Origin: Phoronis australis
Taxonomy: Eukaryota > Animalia > Phoronida
Reading direction: 5' to 3'
Length of the DNA: 64,000 bases
Assembly (NCBI GenBank): GCA_002633005.1
Contig: NMRA01000617.1
Coordinates: 149,682 to 213,681 of the forward strand
Position numbers and translations under genes: made by a program. Below, piece by piece: positions 1 to 12,045 of the stretch. The notes beneath the pieces were generated by a model. That model saw only the letters and a program-made list of their open reading frames with translations, was not told the DNA's origin and did not search any database. Every line of letters starts with the position of its first letter. Position 1 is the first letter of the stretch.

Positions 1-1144
1 TAATCATATTTTGTTTGGTCCTGTATAACCAACCCCTTTGGTTCCAAACTGAGCCTCGACTTTGGCGAACCAAACTTCGGGCGATTTTGTCCGGCAACTA
101 GGCAATGACCATCGCCTCTGTTGGCCCGAACCAGAGGCGATGTAGAGGCTATAGGCGCTCTGTACGCCGGAAGCTTTTCGGCGAATTATGCCTCGCACCG
201 ACTAAACCATCAAAGTCACGTTGTTATAAATACCTTTTGCGCATAGAGGAACACCTTAGGAGGTTGTCGATGTGTTTAAGTCCTTCCAACTCGAACAAAT
301 ACTCCCGTTATGAAACTTTTTCTTCGAGCAGTCCCTATTTCAGTTCCCAAAATCGTGAAATCAAAATTTTTGTACTGCGCACGCTCCAACTTTTACCGCG
401 CTCGCTAGGTGATGTGACTTCATAACCTCAATAATTTTTAAATAGGCCAAAGGTGAGCCATTGCGGTCTTGTCAGTCAAATGTTCGTTTCCAAAATGCCA
501 CCACTTTTACTTGTCTTTAATTGGCGTTACTTGAAACTGTTTGTATTTCAATGAATTATTGTTTGTATTTGATAAGAATAAATGCTGTTGATATGACATT
601 TAAAAGTCTTTGTGCACATATTTGACATTTTAATGTTTAACAACACGGCAAATGCACGGCTGGTTCCCGGCAGCACGTACGCAAAGGGCGGGAACTTCAG
701 CTTTCAAAGTTCGCCGGTAGGATCGCACTTTCTGACCTTCGGCCTGGTTAAAAAAATGAAAATTTTGATTTCACGATTTTGGGAACTGAAATAGGGACTG
801 CTCGAAGAAAAAGTTTCATAACGGGAGTATTTGTTCGAGTTGGAAGAACTTAAACACATCGACAACCTCCTAAGGTGTTCGTCTATGCGCAAAAGGTAGT
901 TATAACAACGTGACTTTGATGGTTTAGTCGGTGCGAGGCATAATTCGCCGAAAAGCTTCCGGCGTACAGAGCGCCTATAGCCTCTACATCGCCTCTGGTT
1001 CGGGCCAACTTACAGAGGCGATGGTCATTGCCTATCCGGCAACTTGATGGAGACCACGTTTACCCGAGTTAATTACATTGCAAGCGTCTGAAGAGTTGAG
1101 GCGAGGTCAGTAGCAAGCTTCGTATCACTATGTCCCTCTGCCAT
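1..1144 (-). pseudogene. Gypsy-like LTR retrotransposon gag N-terminus, decayed and split by a MITE
   Basis: Joining the flanks of the 99-1034 insertion on the minus strand gives MAEGHSD...VVSIKLPD / TKSPEVWFAKVEAQFGTKG..QDQTKYD. This matches the KLP-FW---P--WF--VEAQF gag motif of Gypsy elements. Stops and frameshifts are present. Confidence 0.7.
99..1034. mobile_element. Non-autonomous Mutator-like (foldback) DNA transposon/MITE with ~270-bp TIRs
   Basis: Near-perfect inverted arms at 99-370 and 759-1034 (TAGGCAATGACC...GGTCATTGCCTA). An exact 9-bp TSD, TCCGGCAAC, flanks it at 90-98 and 1035-1043. The Mutator assignment is inferred from the long TIRs plus 9-bp TSD. Confidence 0.9.
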
Positions 1145-1158
1145 ATTAAGTGTTCAAT

Positions 1159-1426
1159 GTTCGAGGTCACCAATTTAGGAATCAGAAACACACAATTATA
1201 AGTGAATGAAATACTATATTGAAGCAGACACTTGATGTTGGAATAACTGAAAACGAGACTAAACTACAGTGACTTAACAAATCGTTATTACTGATAGGTG
1301 GCACCACATAGTAACACAAGGCCACACCTGTGCATGTATGTGTGGACAGTCGCTGTAGCGTAACAACATCAGCAACCAGCACATTGTCGTGATTCGTGTT
1401 TTTGTGAACATTTCCCGACCACTGCA
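1159..1426 (-). mobile_element. Putative 5' LTR and primer-binding site of the Gypsy element
   Basis: On the minus strand, TGCAGTGG... (1426) runs to ...CCTAAA, followed by TGGTGACCTCGA (1161-1172). That motif resembles the tRNA-Trp-type PBS TGGTGACCCCGA and lies just upstream of the gag ATG at 1144. Confidence 0.5.
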
Positions 1427-2904
1427 AGTCAAATAATGGCTAAATCTATGATGGTCGGAGAATTCTCGTCGAAAGCTAATAATTAGAGCAACATTTGGAA
1501 AATTGTATACAATCAACTGATGTCAACAATGAATTGCCGCACAAAATTCTGGCAGCAAATGATTCGGATCGCAAAGGTAACTTCCGGAGTGACGCATGCA
1601 TAGTTATTTTGAAAATTTATCTAAGATAACCATCGCAATTTAACCAACAATGACGTTAAAACGATTGCTTTCCATTTTAGAGTTGCATTCTTCACTTTTT
1701 ACACTCATAAAATCGGTTTCATAATATTCCTTTTCGTGACAGTATTCTATATCCGTTATTAACAAGTACATTGACACTATTAGTGACTCAAAAAATCTTC
1801 AGAGTATGATGGTGTTGCCCAACCCTAAAATGGCTATGAGTTCAGTTGGTAACAGAAATTAACTACTCAAAAAGTAACATCCCTTCAGTTTTTTGTTCAT
1901 AGATTGAATGGTAATGATTGTTTTTGAAAAATTCAAAAATGCACTTGTAGTATAACTCAAGACACACATTCTCATATCAAGTTTATTACAAAAACCTCCA
2001 TATCAATTTTAAAATGAAGCTTTTAAAGCGACTAATCAACTAAATACAAATTTTACAAAGAATACAGATTGCATAACATTGGGGGTAGTCTTATTGTGCA
2101 TCAATGAGTCTGTAAGTAAATAAATAGATTATCCGACACTCGTCTCAGGTTTATGACATGGGCAAAACCTCTTGGAAATTTCCTCAAAATCCCGAGGCTT
2201 CTTTTCTCACGTGAACCATAAAAACAACCTTTTTGCCGAAAAACTCGACGTGTGTAAAACTTTCAACCACATGACGCCATTTTTGTAAAAACACGCTTGC
2301 GCAATGTAAAGTAAACTCAGTTACTTTTTGTTAATAGTTTTATTTTAAACTTAACAGTTGTAAATTACATTCAGCTTTCGTAAGAAATATTCAAGTTATA
2401 ATTTAATAGTCTTTGAAGTTGTAATGTTAAAAGTTAGGAAATGTTTATCAATAACAGTTAGCAGGTTTTTCCCGCGCGTGAGTACTAAACTGACCTTGAG
2501 ACAGCACAACTAGAGTCTCTTGAGTTTGGGTTCGTCTTCGTTTGAATGAACAAAGATGTGGAATTTGCCGCCAAAGATGAGTCCGTTTAAGAAGTTGTTT
2601 TCATGTCCTTCCGACTGGGAGTACGTACAGTTGCCACAACCAACTTGTCAATCATAACCTAAAGGCTAAGCTCAAATTTCAGCCATTTTACGGGAGGTTT
2701 GTGATTACCACAATCTGGAAAAAATATTTACAAGTATAAATTGGCGCCTGAGAGATTCCAGGCAAGGTGGTCTTGTGTTTTGCCTAGTAATTAGCTTTTA
2801 TAGGGTTCGATAATGTTTATAATGTGTTTGATGTACTTGATTAGATTTCATATTGCTTTACAACTATGTACTGGTTGGTTGGATTAATAAATGTTTTACT
2901 TTCT

Positions 2905-3755
2905 ACGAAAAAAGATAGGCATAGTAGAACTTTGGGGGTTCGCAACCGGTAGATTACAGCCAAGGAAGTCACAGAGAGATTGCGAAGGCAACACCTGGCG
3001 TGCGTTCAGTAGACGCTAGGACCTACGCTAGGACCTAGCTAAAACCTAGTCAAAGTCAAGTGTTTTCATTTAAAATACACGGCAATATCTCACGTAATCT
3101 CGCGAAGTCTTTCTTTTTAGCGAGGTCCTAGCGTTACTGAACGGGAGGCTGAACATTAGCGATCAGACGGTGAGAAACCGCCTTCTTTCAGCCGAAATAA
3201 GAACACGGCCTCTTACAAGGAAACCAGTTGTGACACTTGTCCACCGCCAAACCCGAATGAGATGGTGTAGACAACACGTTCGCTGGAACCAGCAACAGTG
3301 GAGGACCGTAGTGTTCTATGGTGAGTCTCATTTTTGCTTGCAGTCCATATGGACAGGCGGGAGACTGCGTGGAGACAGCGAGGCGAAAGATTTGGAAACT
3401 GTTGCATTACGCACTTGACAACACGTAATGGATGTAGTGTTATGTGTGGGGCGGAATCTCCTTCCACTAGAACTCCACTTGCCCATCTACAAGAAAGTAT
3501 ATGTTCAGCGCACTGCTACCGCACTCAGTTTTGGATCTGAAGCCATACCTTTAGTTCGGGCGCTTGGACAAAATGGTATCCTGCAAGACGACAACGCAAG
3601 GCCGCACCATATCTGTAACAACAAGGCATAAAGTGTCTGGAGTGGCCCGGCCTGCAGCAAGTCCTGACCTGAGCCCTGAACAGCTGTGTGATCAGCTTGG
3701 TAGACAAGTGTGTCGTCGTGTCACAAACCAGACGACATTGGACAAGTTTGGTCCA
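2905..3755 (+). pseudogene. Tc1-family (DD34E) transposase remnant
   Basis: Frameshifted motifs: TVRNRL...KPVVTLVHRQTRMRWCRQHVRWNQQQWRTVVFYGESHFCL (WxxVxFSDESxF), ILQDDNARPH, and WP-ASPDLSP-EQLCDQLGRQV. Confidence 0.85.
3003..3143. mobile_element. Small MITE inserted in the Tc1 remnant
   Basis: TIR pair CGTTCAGTAGACGCTAGGACCT / AGGTCCTAGCGTTACTGAACG. A diverged relative lies in inverted orientation at ~35320-35430. Confidence 0.6.
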
Positions 3756-4486
3756 TTCCTAGATTTCAATATTTTGGGAGTGCAAATTGGCCGCGGCCGC
3801 AGCCTAACTGTTCAGTGCCACCTTATATGGGAAATGAAATATGTCAGAATTCTGACACATTTTACGGAAATCGCCGGAATATCACGAGTAATATAAAGTT
3901 ATATACAAGTTTGAAATTTTTTGCAGTATGACATAAAAATGATAAATAACGGTATATTGCAGCAATTTAGGTCTAAATTATTGCAAAAATGATGTAGGCC
4001 TACTTTGATTCGAAAACATAAAATTTCTATGATAGTATTAATAAAAACTAATTGAATATAAGTACGCCAACAACCTTCATTTCAATCAATAACCAAACAA
4101 TGCCTTCTGCTTCACAAATTTTAATGACGTCAAGGGAGCGGCCAATCATGGCGCAGTAATTCCCATAACCAAGCATTAAATGGCTAATCCGATCACCGTC
4201 ATCTTGAGGTTTGGGGACAAAGTTGGGTTTAGTCAGGCCGACTTGACATGTTGCTTAGTGGTTGGAAGATCAGTAACAAATTTGGTGGAATGGTCTTCTG
4301 TTCTGTACTTTCCGCACGGTTCAATAGACAGATGATCGAGGTTGAGTTGTGGGAGATTTCTCTACAGGGCGTTTCTTACACAAGCGTCGTTCATAACTTT
4401 TCACAATGATGCTGCTCAGATTTCACACTAAGTCAGCAAATTCTATTTCGCACCAAGTTACTAGGTACGTCGAGGACCTACTAATG

Positions 4487-6445
4487 ACAAAAGTTTGGAA
4501 ATTTGTGTTCACTCGCCCGTATTTTCATCATTTTTGGTTTAATTAAATCATATTACATACCAATGAAAACCCCAGCCATCCCCTTTTCAACAATACCACA
4601 TTCCGTCAATAAATATTTATTCTGATTAGTAATTTTGCTGCTAAAGAGGGCTATAGATGGTCCCAATGTTGTTGAATGTTGCAATTTCAGTTGGAGCTAA
4701 ATGTGTATTCAAGTTTTAGTGTTCAGCTTTTTCAATGCCATTTTTTCTGGTTCCATGGTAATTAACACTTATTACAATTTGGCAACACTTTATTTATTGA
4801 ACAACTGACTGATAGACAGTAGTGATAGTCTGACTCGGATAGACATCAATGATCATAGTCTTCTCAGTATGGGGTTGTCGAACGATTCGGTCACTACAGC
4901 GACACACCTTTTTCGCATGCTGTTTACTACGCTGACGACGCGTTGCTGTGTGATGGCATTCTACTCCTGAGTCATAAGCGCCACATTGTGTTGGTGACTC
5001 ACACACGTACAGCCCGTCCGAGTTGGTCTCACAGGTGTTCGATAGAGTTCAAGTCTGGGCTGCATGCAGACCATTCCATTTGCTGCAGCCTACTCCTGCG
5101 TCAGTGGCACAGATAGTCTGGGCAATCCAAACATAATTTGCATAATTGCGATTCATACTCTCATACTGAGCCTGCTTACAGTAGGAGTTCCATGCAACCA
5201 TTCAGGGTCTCACAAACTTGGTGTTTACCCAATACCCCCCCCCCTCCCACCCCCGGTGTTAATCACCAGCACATCACAGGTGGTGACACTCCTTAGCAAA
5301 AACGGGAATTCGCAACATTCTCTTTGAGACCAAACCTTCTTTAGAAGTAAAGTTACTAAGCATATCAAAATTGTATTGACCAAATGGGACATTGTTGTAA
5401 AGGACAATGACTGGGCTATCTATTGGTATGCAACATGATTTAAATCATAGTAGGATTTAGGGGGAGGCCCAGGCCCCCCCCTTGGCTGCCGCAAAAAAAT
5501 AAAACAGCAAGACCGTAGGGAAATGTTGAGTTTATTAATTAAAACCGGTAATTAAAATTATACGGGTGAAACAACATTTAAATGTGTGAAGTTTTAGTGT
5601 TGGGGGAGGGGGGCTCAGATCCAATTTCAAATGTTAAATTCGGAACACGGCGCATTCGTAACGGAGCTATGGCTAAGTATAGGCTCTCCCGCGATATCCC
5701 AGGCGACCGGCAGTGGCGCTGCCCTCTACGACTCCGTTTCCGTCGTCTGCTTCACTGTGCAATGAAGAAAATTTACTTCATTTTTTAAAGAAAATGGAAC
5801 CTGAGTGACGATGAAAAAACGGAAGCTGCTGGTAAGATGTGAATTTTAATCGAAGCCTTAGTGAATCACTCAGAAACTCATAATTCTCTCTTTCTAAAAC
5901 CTTAACTTAAGACGATTTCCAAAGCAATCCCGTCATTATTGCCAACACGAAAAACGGATTTGGTCTTTTGGGCATTTGAGGACTATTTTAAATACAACAA
6001 ATTTGTTAAGAACAGATTGCACAAAATGTAAAACGTGTAATAAGCATTACAAAAAGAAGTAGGTTTCGCGCGCAAACGCTGTGGACCACAAACAAGTAGG
6101 TCTCTTGTTATAAGGTTAGTAGCTAAGCCGTGGTGGTGTAGGTTTTCCTGTATGACACGTTCTCCGTGTTTTTTTTTGCCTGTTTTTCTTGAATAATATT
6201 TCAGGAACCAAGGAAAATGCTTGATTTTTAGATGAAAAAACAGAAAAATTTCCTGGGCGGGAGGGGAGCCCCCATCCCGACCTCCCCCCATTCGGTGCTA
6301 TGCGCATCTACAATCGTGGTTTGCGCAAATGCTTACAGCCGGAAAAATTGTTGGCCCCCCCTTGTAATATCCTAGATCCGCCACTGTAAATAAATCAAAA
6401 GTATTGAAAACACGGGCGAGTGAACAAAAATTTCCAAACTTTTGT
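4487..6445. mobile_element. Non-autonomous TIR element with ~85-bp TIRs; right TIR split by a nested insertion
   Basis: ACAAAAGTTTGGAAATTTGTGTTCACTCGCCCGT...CATACCAAT (4487-4565) is the reverse complement of 5422-5445 joined to 6392-6445. Confidence 0.7.
5446..6386. mobile_element. CAGTGGCGGATCTAG-type non-autonomous element nested in the 4487-6445 element
   Basis: Right end CTAGATCCGCCACTG; decayed left end CATAGTAGGATTTAG; G/C-rich subterminal tracts. A direct repeat TAAAT flanks it at 5441-5445 and 6387-6391. Confidence 0.7.
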
Positions 6446-6449
6446 TGAA

Positions 6450-6925
6450 GTGTTTAGTTGTCTGCCCTGAACCCCATTATCATTGCAATTCCAGTACAGA
6501 ATGTCATCAGAAGGCACTAATCTTTGACGTTCTTTCAATAAGCGCTTAACTCCAGGTGACTCGTTGCTGATATCGATAACATTATTCCGAAGTATTTCTA
6601 CCACACGTTTCACTTGAGTGTCTGCTTGGTGGCGACCCAACCAAGATTTGTCGGCACAAAGAAAGTAAGTATTGTGACCGCACCCGGTGAGTTTCAGATT
6701 GCTTTTGGAGAATAGCCTGAGTCATTACTTCTTCTATTCTAACGTTCTGTGGAATGCGACTCATTCCATCAGCAGCCTGTTTGTGACCCCCTACAATACC
6801 CAACTTTGTTAAAGCTGAAGCATGGCAGACACCAGAGCCACCTGCAGCCTGTGGCATCGACACACTTACTGGTCAGTTGTTGGACACCGGATTATTGTCG
6901 GTGACAACATGAAAACGCAGTCTGT
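6450..6925 (-). pseudogene. Gypsy pol fragment (RNase H to connection region)
   Basis: Frameshifted motifs FHVVTDNNP, DATGCRWL, ADGMSRIP and VKRLLKERQRLV..DDILY, typical of Ty3/Gypsy pol. Confidence 0.75.
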
Positions 6926-8082
6926 GCCATACCCTTGATAAAGAGCGCATTGCTCGAAATGTGGGGGACATTTTAACATATTTTAGTAGCGACGCTCGTC
7001 GTTTTATTTTTACTATTTTAAATTTAAATTTAGGTCTGGATACGTGATTTCAATTTTTACGAGAAAAAAAAAAGATTGCCTTGTTTTTACCACTAACTAG
7101 CTTTATAAAAAATTGTTGAAAAATTCATCGTTAAGACAGATATTAATAAAAGATAGAAGGTTTCGTTTTAAAGAAGCCTGGAACGCGATAAACAGACTAA
7201 AATTGCAACATTAAAAATGATTCTCTGCCACCGAAATAGAATTCAACCTGCTCATCAGGTATTTTTGGGGTTTGTTCGTAAAGATTTTTACTTTCTGTTG
7301 ATATCAAGGCATTTTCTCTAACTTTCAAATTTCAAAAAAACGATCTGTCAAGTGCTCGCTTCTTCATCGATTTTTTCCAACAATGCAAAGCCCGTCTCCT
7401 TATTTGGTATAGCATTTCATAGACGTAGCACATTTCCCTTATATGGAAAATGTGACCTGTGACCTCCAGCGACTTCAACCAATGGGGCTATTCGGAAAAT
7501 CTACAATAACTAGAGGGCGTGCGTGTACTAGTGGTGATAGATTAACAGCCTCGATTTCGAGAGCCCTTTAAATACATGGTGAAATGGCTTGCAGCCGTGC
7601 CAACTGAATCTGAGATTGCGTAAAAAGAGTGCTTCTATGAGAGGAAGTAAGCACGACCTCATACAAAGGTAAGGTTTGTGATTACTTTAACGATTATTCC
7701 ATGATTTTTCTACCGATGCCTGTTAACTGAGGCACTCGCTGATGTCGACTTCGCGGCAGTCAGTCGCCAGCCAGAGTCTGGTTAATCTTTGTGTGTCGTG
7801 ATATGTGATACGATACTTGACGTAGCAATCGGGATCTTTTCGTACATCAAAGCATTATTATTGTTTGGAATGATTTCTAAAAGTTTATCAGTGACAGTTA
7901 CATCAATCAATGCTGAATGTTTAAGCTGTCAACTCGATACAGGTTAATGAGTTAAGATTACAATCCAATCCCAATGGCAAAGGGTACGTGAGTGACAAAT
8001 ATCCATTGCATTAGACTATTTGTTTACTCCCTATCATATGTCTTGTGGAAATCTATTACACGTTGAAATGGAAATCTATCAC

Positions 8083-8708
8083 NNNNNNNNNNNNNNNNNN
8101 NNNNNNNNNNNNNNNNNNNNNNNNNNNNNNNNNNNNNNNNNNNNNNNNNNNNNNNNNNNNNNNNNNNNNNNNNNNNNNNNNNNNNNNNNNNNNNNNNNNN
8201 NNNNNNNNNNNNNNNNNNNNNNNNNNNNNNNNNNNNNNNNNNNNNNNNNNNNNNNNNNNNNNNNNNNNNNNNNNNNNNNNNNNNNNNNNNNNNNNNNNNN
8301 NNNNNNNNNNNNNNNNNNNNNNNNNNNNNNNNNNNNNNNNNNNNNNNNNNNNNNNNNNNNNNNNNNNNNNNNNNNNNNNNNNNNNNNNNNNNNNNNNNNN
8401 NNNNNNNNNNNNNNNNNNNNNNNNNNNNNNNNNNNNNNNNNNNNNNNNNNNNNNNNNNNNNNNNNNNNNNNNNNNNNNNNNNNNNNNNNNNNNNNNNNNN
8501 NNNNNNNNNNNNNNNNNNNNNNNNNNNNNNNNNNNNNNNNNNNNNNNNNNNNNNNNNNNNNNNNNNNNNNNNNNNNNNNNNNNNNNNNNNNNNNNNNNNN
8601 NNNNNNNNNNNNNNNNNNNNNNNNNNNNNNNNNNNNNNNNNNNNNNNNNNNNNNNNNNNNNNNNNNNNNNNNNNNNNNNNNNNNNNNNNNNNNNNNNNNN
8701 NNNNNNNN
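8083..8708. other. Assembly gap (626 N)
   Basis: Run of N in the sequence. Confidence 1.
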
Positions 8709-8890
8709 GGTAAAAACTTTTCAATTTGGTACAGATTATGGGGAAATGACATTCAGTGACTGCATCGATTGTCTTATTGTATGTTTTCAATTGTAGCTAG
8801 CTGGATAAGAATCTGCTATGCACAAGATTCGAGAATAAACAATTATCAGTGTATTTAAAAACAAATTGCAAACTGAAAAAGCACAGAAAG

Positions 8891-10150
8891 AAACTAGAAA
8901 GATTATTGTCACGGCGTGACAATAATGGACTCTGCGCGTGGTTATTACTGGAATTGTTTTGGGACGTTATTGACAGCAACCCGCTTACCAATATGAAAAG
9001 CAATTCTTTAAAATTGTAGGAGAAATTACATGTTAATATTTTGATTACCTTTCCACTAGTTGACCTCTTCCGGTGCATTATGAACCCCGATCAGGGAATA
9101 ATTGTAAACTCGATTTAAAGTGTGGTTAATGCTAAGAATCACAGATGTTTTACTTTAAGCACTTCAGAATACAAGATGAATGAATTGGACAAAGTTTCAG
9201 AAGAAAAGTGCACATAATGACCCCATGGGTGCACCAAATGACCTGAAAATTTAGAATTCAAACTCAGTCGCATTTAGCAAACAGATATGTAATTTTGAAG
9301 TCTCTAGCTCAAAATTTTAGTTTGCACTCAATGACCTTTGACCTATTTTTTCTGATTGGTTAAGCCTATTGCGTAGTAAAGTAAGGTATTCAATTGGCAT
9401 GTTGACTTACACCAGTGTGCTGAAATTGAAAAGAATTCCTTGAAAAACGTAAGAGATATAACCTTTTGAATGTTACATGACCTTTGCACTACTTGACCCC
9501 ATCCGGTGCATTATAAGCGTCTTTAAGAGAGTTATTGCAAAGCGCATATGTGTTTAATGTGTTTAATTCCGAGAATCACAGTTGTCTAACGGTTGACACA
9601 TCAGAATACTTGCCGATTGAAAAGGTCAAAATTTTCAGAAGAAAAATGCACCTAATGACCCCATGTTTGCACTGAATGACCTGAAACTTTGGATTCCAAA
9701 TTGAATTACCTGTGCCAATCAGTGTCTAGCTCAAAATTCCAGTTTGCACCTAATGACCTTTAACCTATTTCACCTGATTGGATGACCCGATTACTTAGAA
9801 AAGTAAATTTTTAAATTGCCTAATTGGTTTATACCTGTGTGCCGAATTTGAAAAGAATAGCTTTTAAAATAAAGAAGGAGTAGCATTTTGAAAATTACAT
9901 GACCTTTGCACCAAATGACCTCTTCCGGTACATTATGGAATATGATTATATAAGGAATCAAAATTTATGTACTGCCAAATATCACATGCAGAATTTAAAG
10001 AACATACCTGCCCCCATTTTAAAGTTATTAAGCCTCAAAGTTGGTTGGAAGAAGAATAAGAAGGAGAATAAGAATAAGAATAAGAATAAGAATAAAATTG
10101 AAGAAAACCCAGGAACAACAGTACTCTGCGCTTACACGCGCAGAGGAACA
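8891..10150 (-). mobile_element. Helentron-associated non-autonomous element (HINE/DINE-like) with internal ~430-bp tandem repeats
   Basis: Layout from right to left (motifs written on +): subTIR with partial IR, CTCTGCGC-TTACAC-GCGCAGAG (10124-10145); an (AAGAAT)n microsatellite (~10049-10095); ~430-bp units starting TGACC..CCGGT.CATTAT at ~9061, ~9494 and ~9916; a second subTIR (8930-8940); a 12-bp stem-loop ATTATTGTCACG-G-CGTGACAATAAT (8902-8926); and a terminus reading CTAGTTT on the minus strand. Confidence 0.8.
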
Positions 10151-10630
10151 ACATTGCGAGGGAGTCCATAATCAGGCATGTCAGGTGCTGAATTTCTGAA
10201 TTACGTTCAATTCTTTCAGGTTATTGCTGAAGGATTGCTTTTCACTTTGTCCAACGGTGAAATAGATGGTCAGGCGGTTGGTTTCAGTTGTTTTTTCTTG
10301 CCTGTAACAGAATAGAAATATTAGCAAATTGTAAAAGAAAAGACAAGACAAAACTACTTTTGTAAGGCAGAACATACTTGACATTTCATCTTCATGTTTA
10401 TGTGTAGAAACTAATAACCTTTGTACCCAAGTCTTATTTAATATCTGAATTAAAATATGTGAAACAGGCTAAAAGTGATTTAACAATGTGTATTTTTCAT
10501 GACACTTAAAATGTGCTTCTGATCTCAACAAGTAAAATTCATTCTAGGTGTCAATTTTTTTCCAATGCAATGTTACGACATTTACTGAATTAAGGCTTAT
10601 TCATGTTAATTCGATAACTGAGCTGGTGGT

Positions 10631-10791
10631 CCTGGGGGTGGGGTCCACGATAAAATAAGGAAACTCACTCATCTAGAGAATTTTATTGGAAACAGCATAG
10701 TTTTGAAGAGAAACTGCTGTGAAAAAGTCACTCTTGACTTCTGTGCATCACGTACCATACACCTCTTATTTTGGGAGCACTCCCACCCAGG
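10631..10791. mobile_element. Short CCYGGG-terminated MITE
   Basis: Ends CCTGGGGGTGGGG and TCCCACCCAGG are mutually inverted. Confidence 0.5.
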
Positions 10792-11344
10792 ACAATATGA
10801 ATATGTGCTGCTAGCCTACCCGGCATCGGGTGAGTTTCCAAAAAGAAACACTTAGTTCCACTCAATAAAACTGTTATTCAGTGGGGTAACTGGTGGGGAT
10901 AACATCACCGAACGATGTTGATAGAAACTGATTGCTAAAAACTTACCAAGTAATGTTGTGTAGTCTCCGAATGGAACTGCATAGTCATAGAGCACACACG
11001 GGGCTTCAGCATCCACACACTTTTTGTCAGTTAGTTGACCCTGTTGACCGCAATTGTCCACGAATATAGTAACCTTAGGTCTTTTGGGAATTTGTGGCCA
11101 CCTGTCGAAGACTTGCACCAGGGAAATTAGCAGTAATAAGGCTTAGCGCGACGACGTATTTTGATAAAAATTCCATCTTTTACCAGTTGTTTACATGCAG
11201 ACAGCCACGCATGCGCAATTCAATCACCACTAGTACAGCAGCGACACCGCGAGGAGAATTCTCCGAATAGAATTTCAAATGCGTATTTTGGACCTAATTC
11301 AAAAGAGGTTAATACAGTATTAATTTTATGACAGTACTTTATAT

Positions 11345-12045
11345 ACAGAGTGTCCACAAATTTATGATACAGACTAAAATGCTTCGAACTTTTTTATATT
11401 TTAACATTTTGACTTTCTGTGTCAGATTTAAGGATCTGAGAAGTTAAGAAACCCAGCCACCCATCAAGAATGCCATTCACCAAACAGCAGAAAATTTTCT
11501 GTGTGGTTAAAAAATCTGAGAAAACATCCTTCAAATATGCAATCGCTCATTTTCCCCAAAAATATGATCATAACAAAAAACCCACAGATCTATCGCTGGG
11601 TAAAGAAGTTTGAGACTGCAGGGACAATAAATGATATGAGGGAGACGTCTCGTCGCAGAGTTGGCAGAAAACTCACTGTAAGATCTCCAGAAAACATTGC
11701 CAGAGTACAAGAGTCAGTGGGATGTAGTCCCATGAAATCTCTCCGTTAACCAAGGAACGCTACCTGGAGGTCCTCCACATGTTTTGGGAAGATTTAGGTG
11801 TCAGAAATAGGAGAAGAGGTGCAAACAGGGTGATGAGAAATATACAGGGGCCACCCCTCATACAGCCAATGTCAGTCTGGAGTGGCTGGACAGCAAGTTC
11901 CCTGGTCGTCTCAACAGCCGTAAGCGCAATCCAGAATGGGCGTCTCATTCCCCTGATCTGAACCCCAGAATTTTACTTATGGGGATATCTGAAGGACAAG
12001 GTTTACAAGGACAACCCCAGGATCATTCGAGATCTCAAGCAAAGA
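11345..12045 (+). pseudogene. Internally deleted Tc1/mariner-superfamily element (DUF4817-type N-terminus, DDxD class)
   Basis: Starts TA|CAGAGTGTCCACAAA (TIR-like). Peptide fragments: MPFTKQQKIFCV, IYRWVKKFETAGTIND...VRSPENIARVQESV..SPMKSLR, GATPHTA..SLEWLDSKFPGR, WASHSPDLNP, FYLWGYLKDKVYKDNP. Confidence 0.85.

Noticed and set aside
105-892. Mirror-image ORFs 105-425 (+) and 704-892 (-) sharing a peptide
   Set aside because: This is a consequence of the TIRs; no transposase motifs are present.
4757-5277. Possible solo LTR on the minus strand (TGTGATG...AATAAA)
   Set aside because: No clear CA end, TSD or second copy could be identified.
8020-8796. Four long ORFs (222-258 aa) in the ORF track
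   Set aside because: They are artefacts of translating through the 626-N gap.
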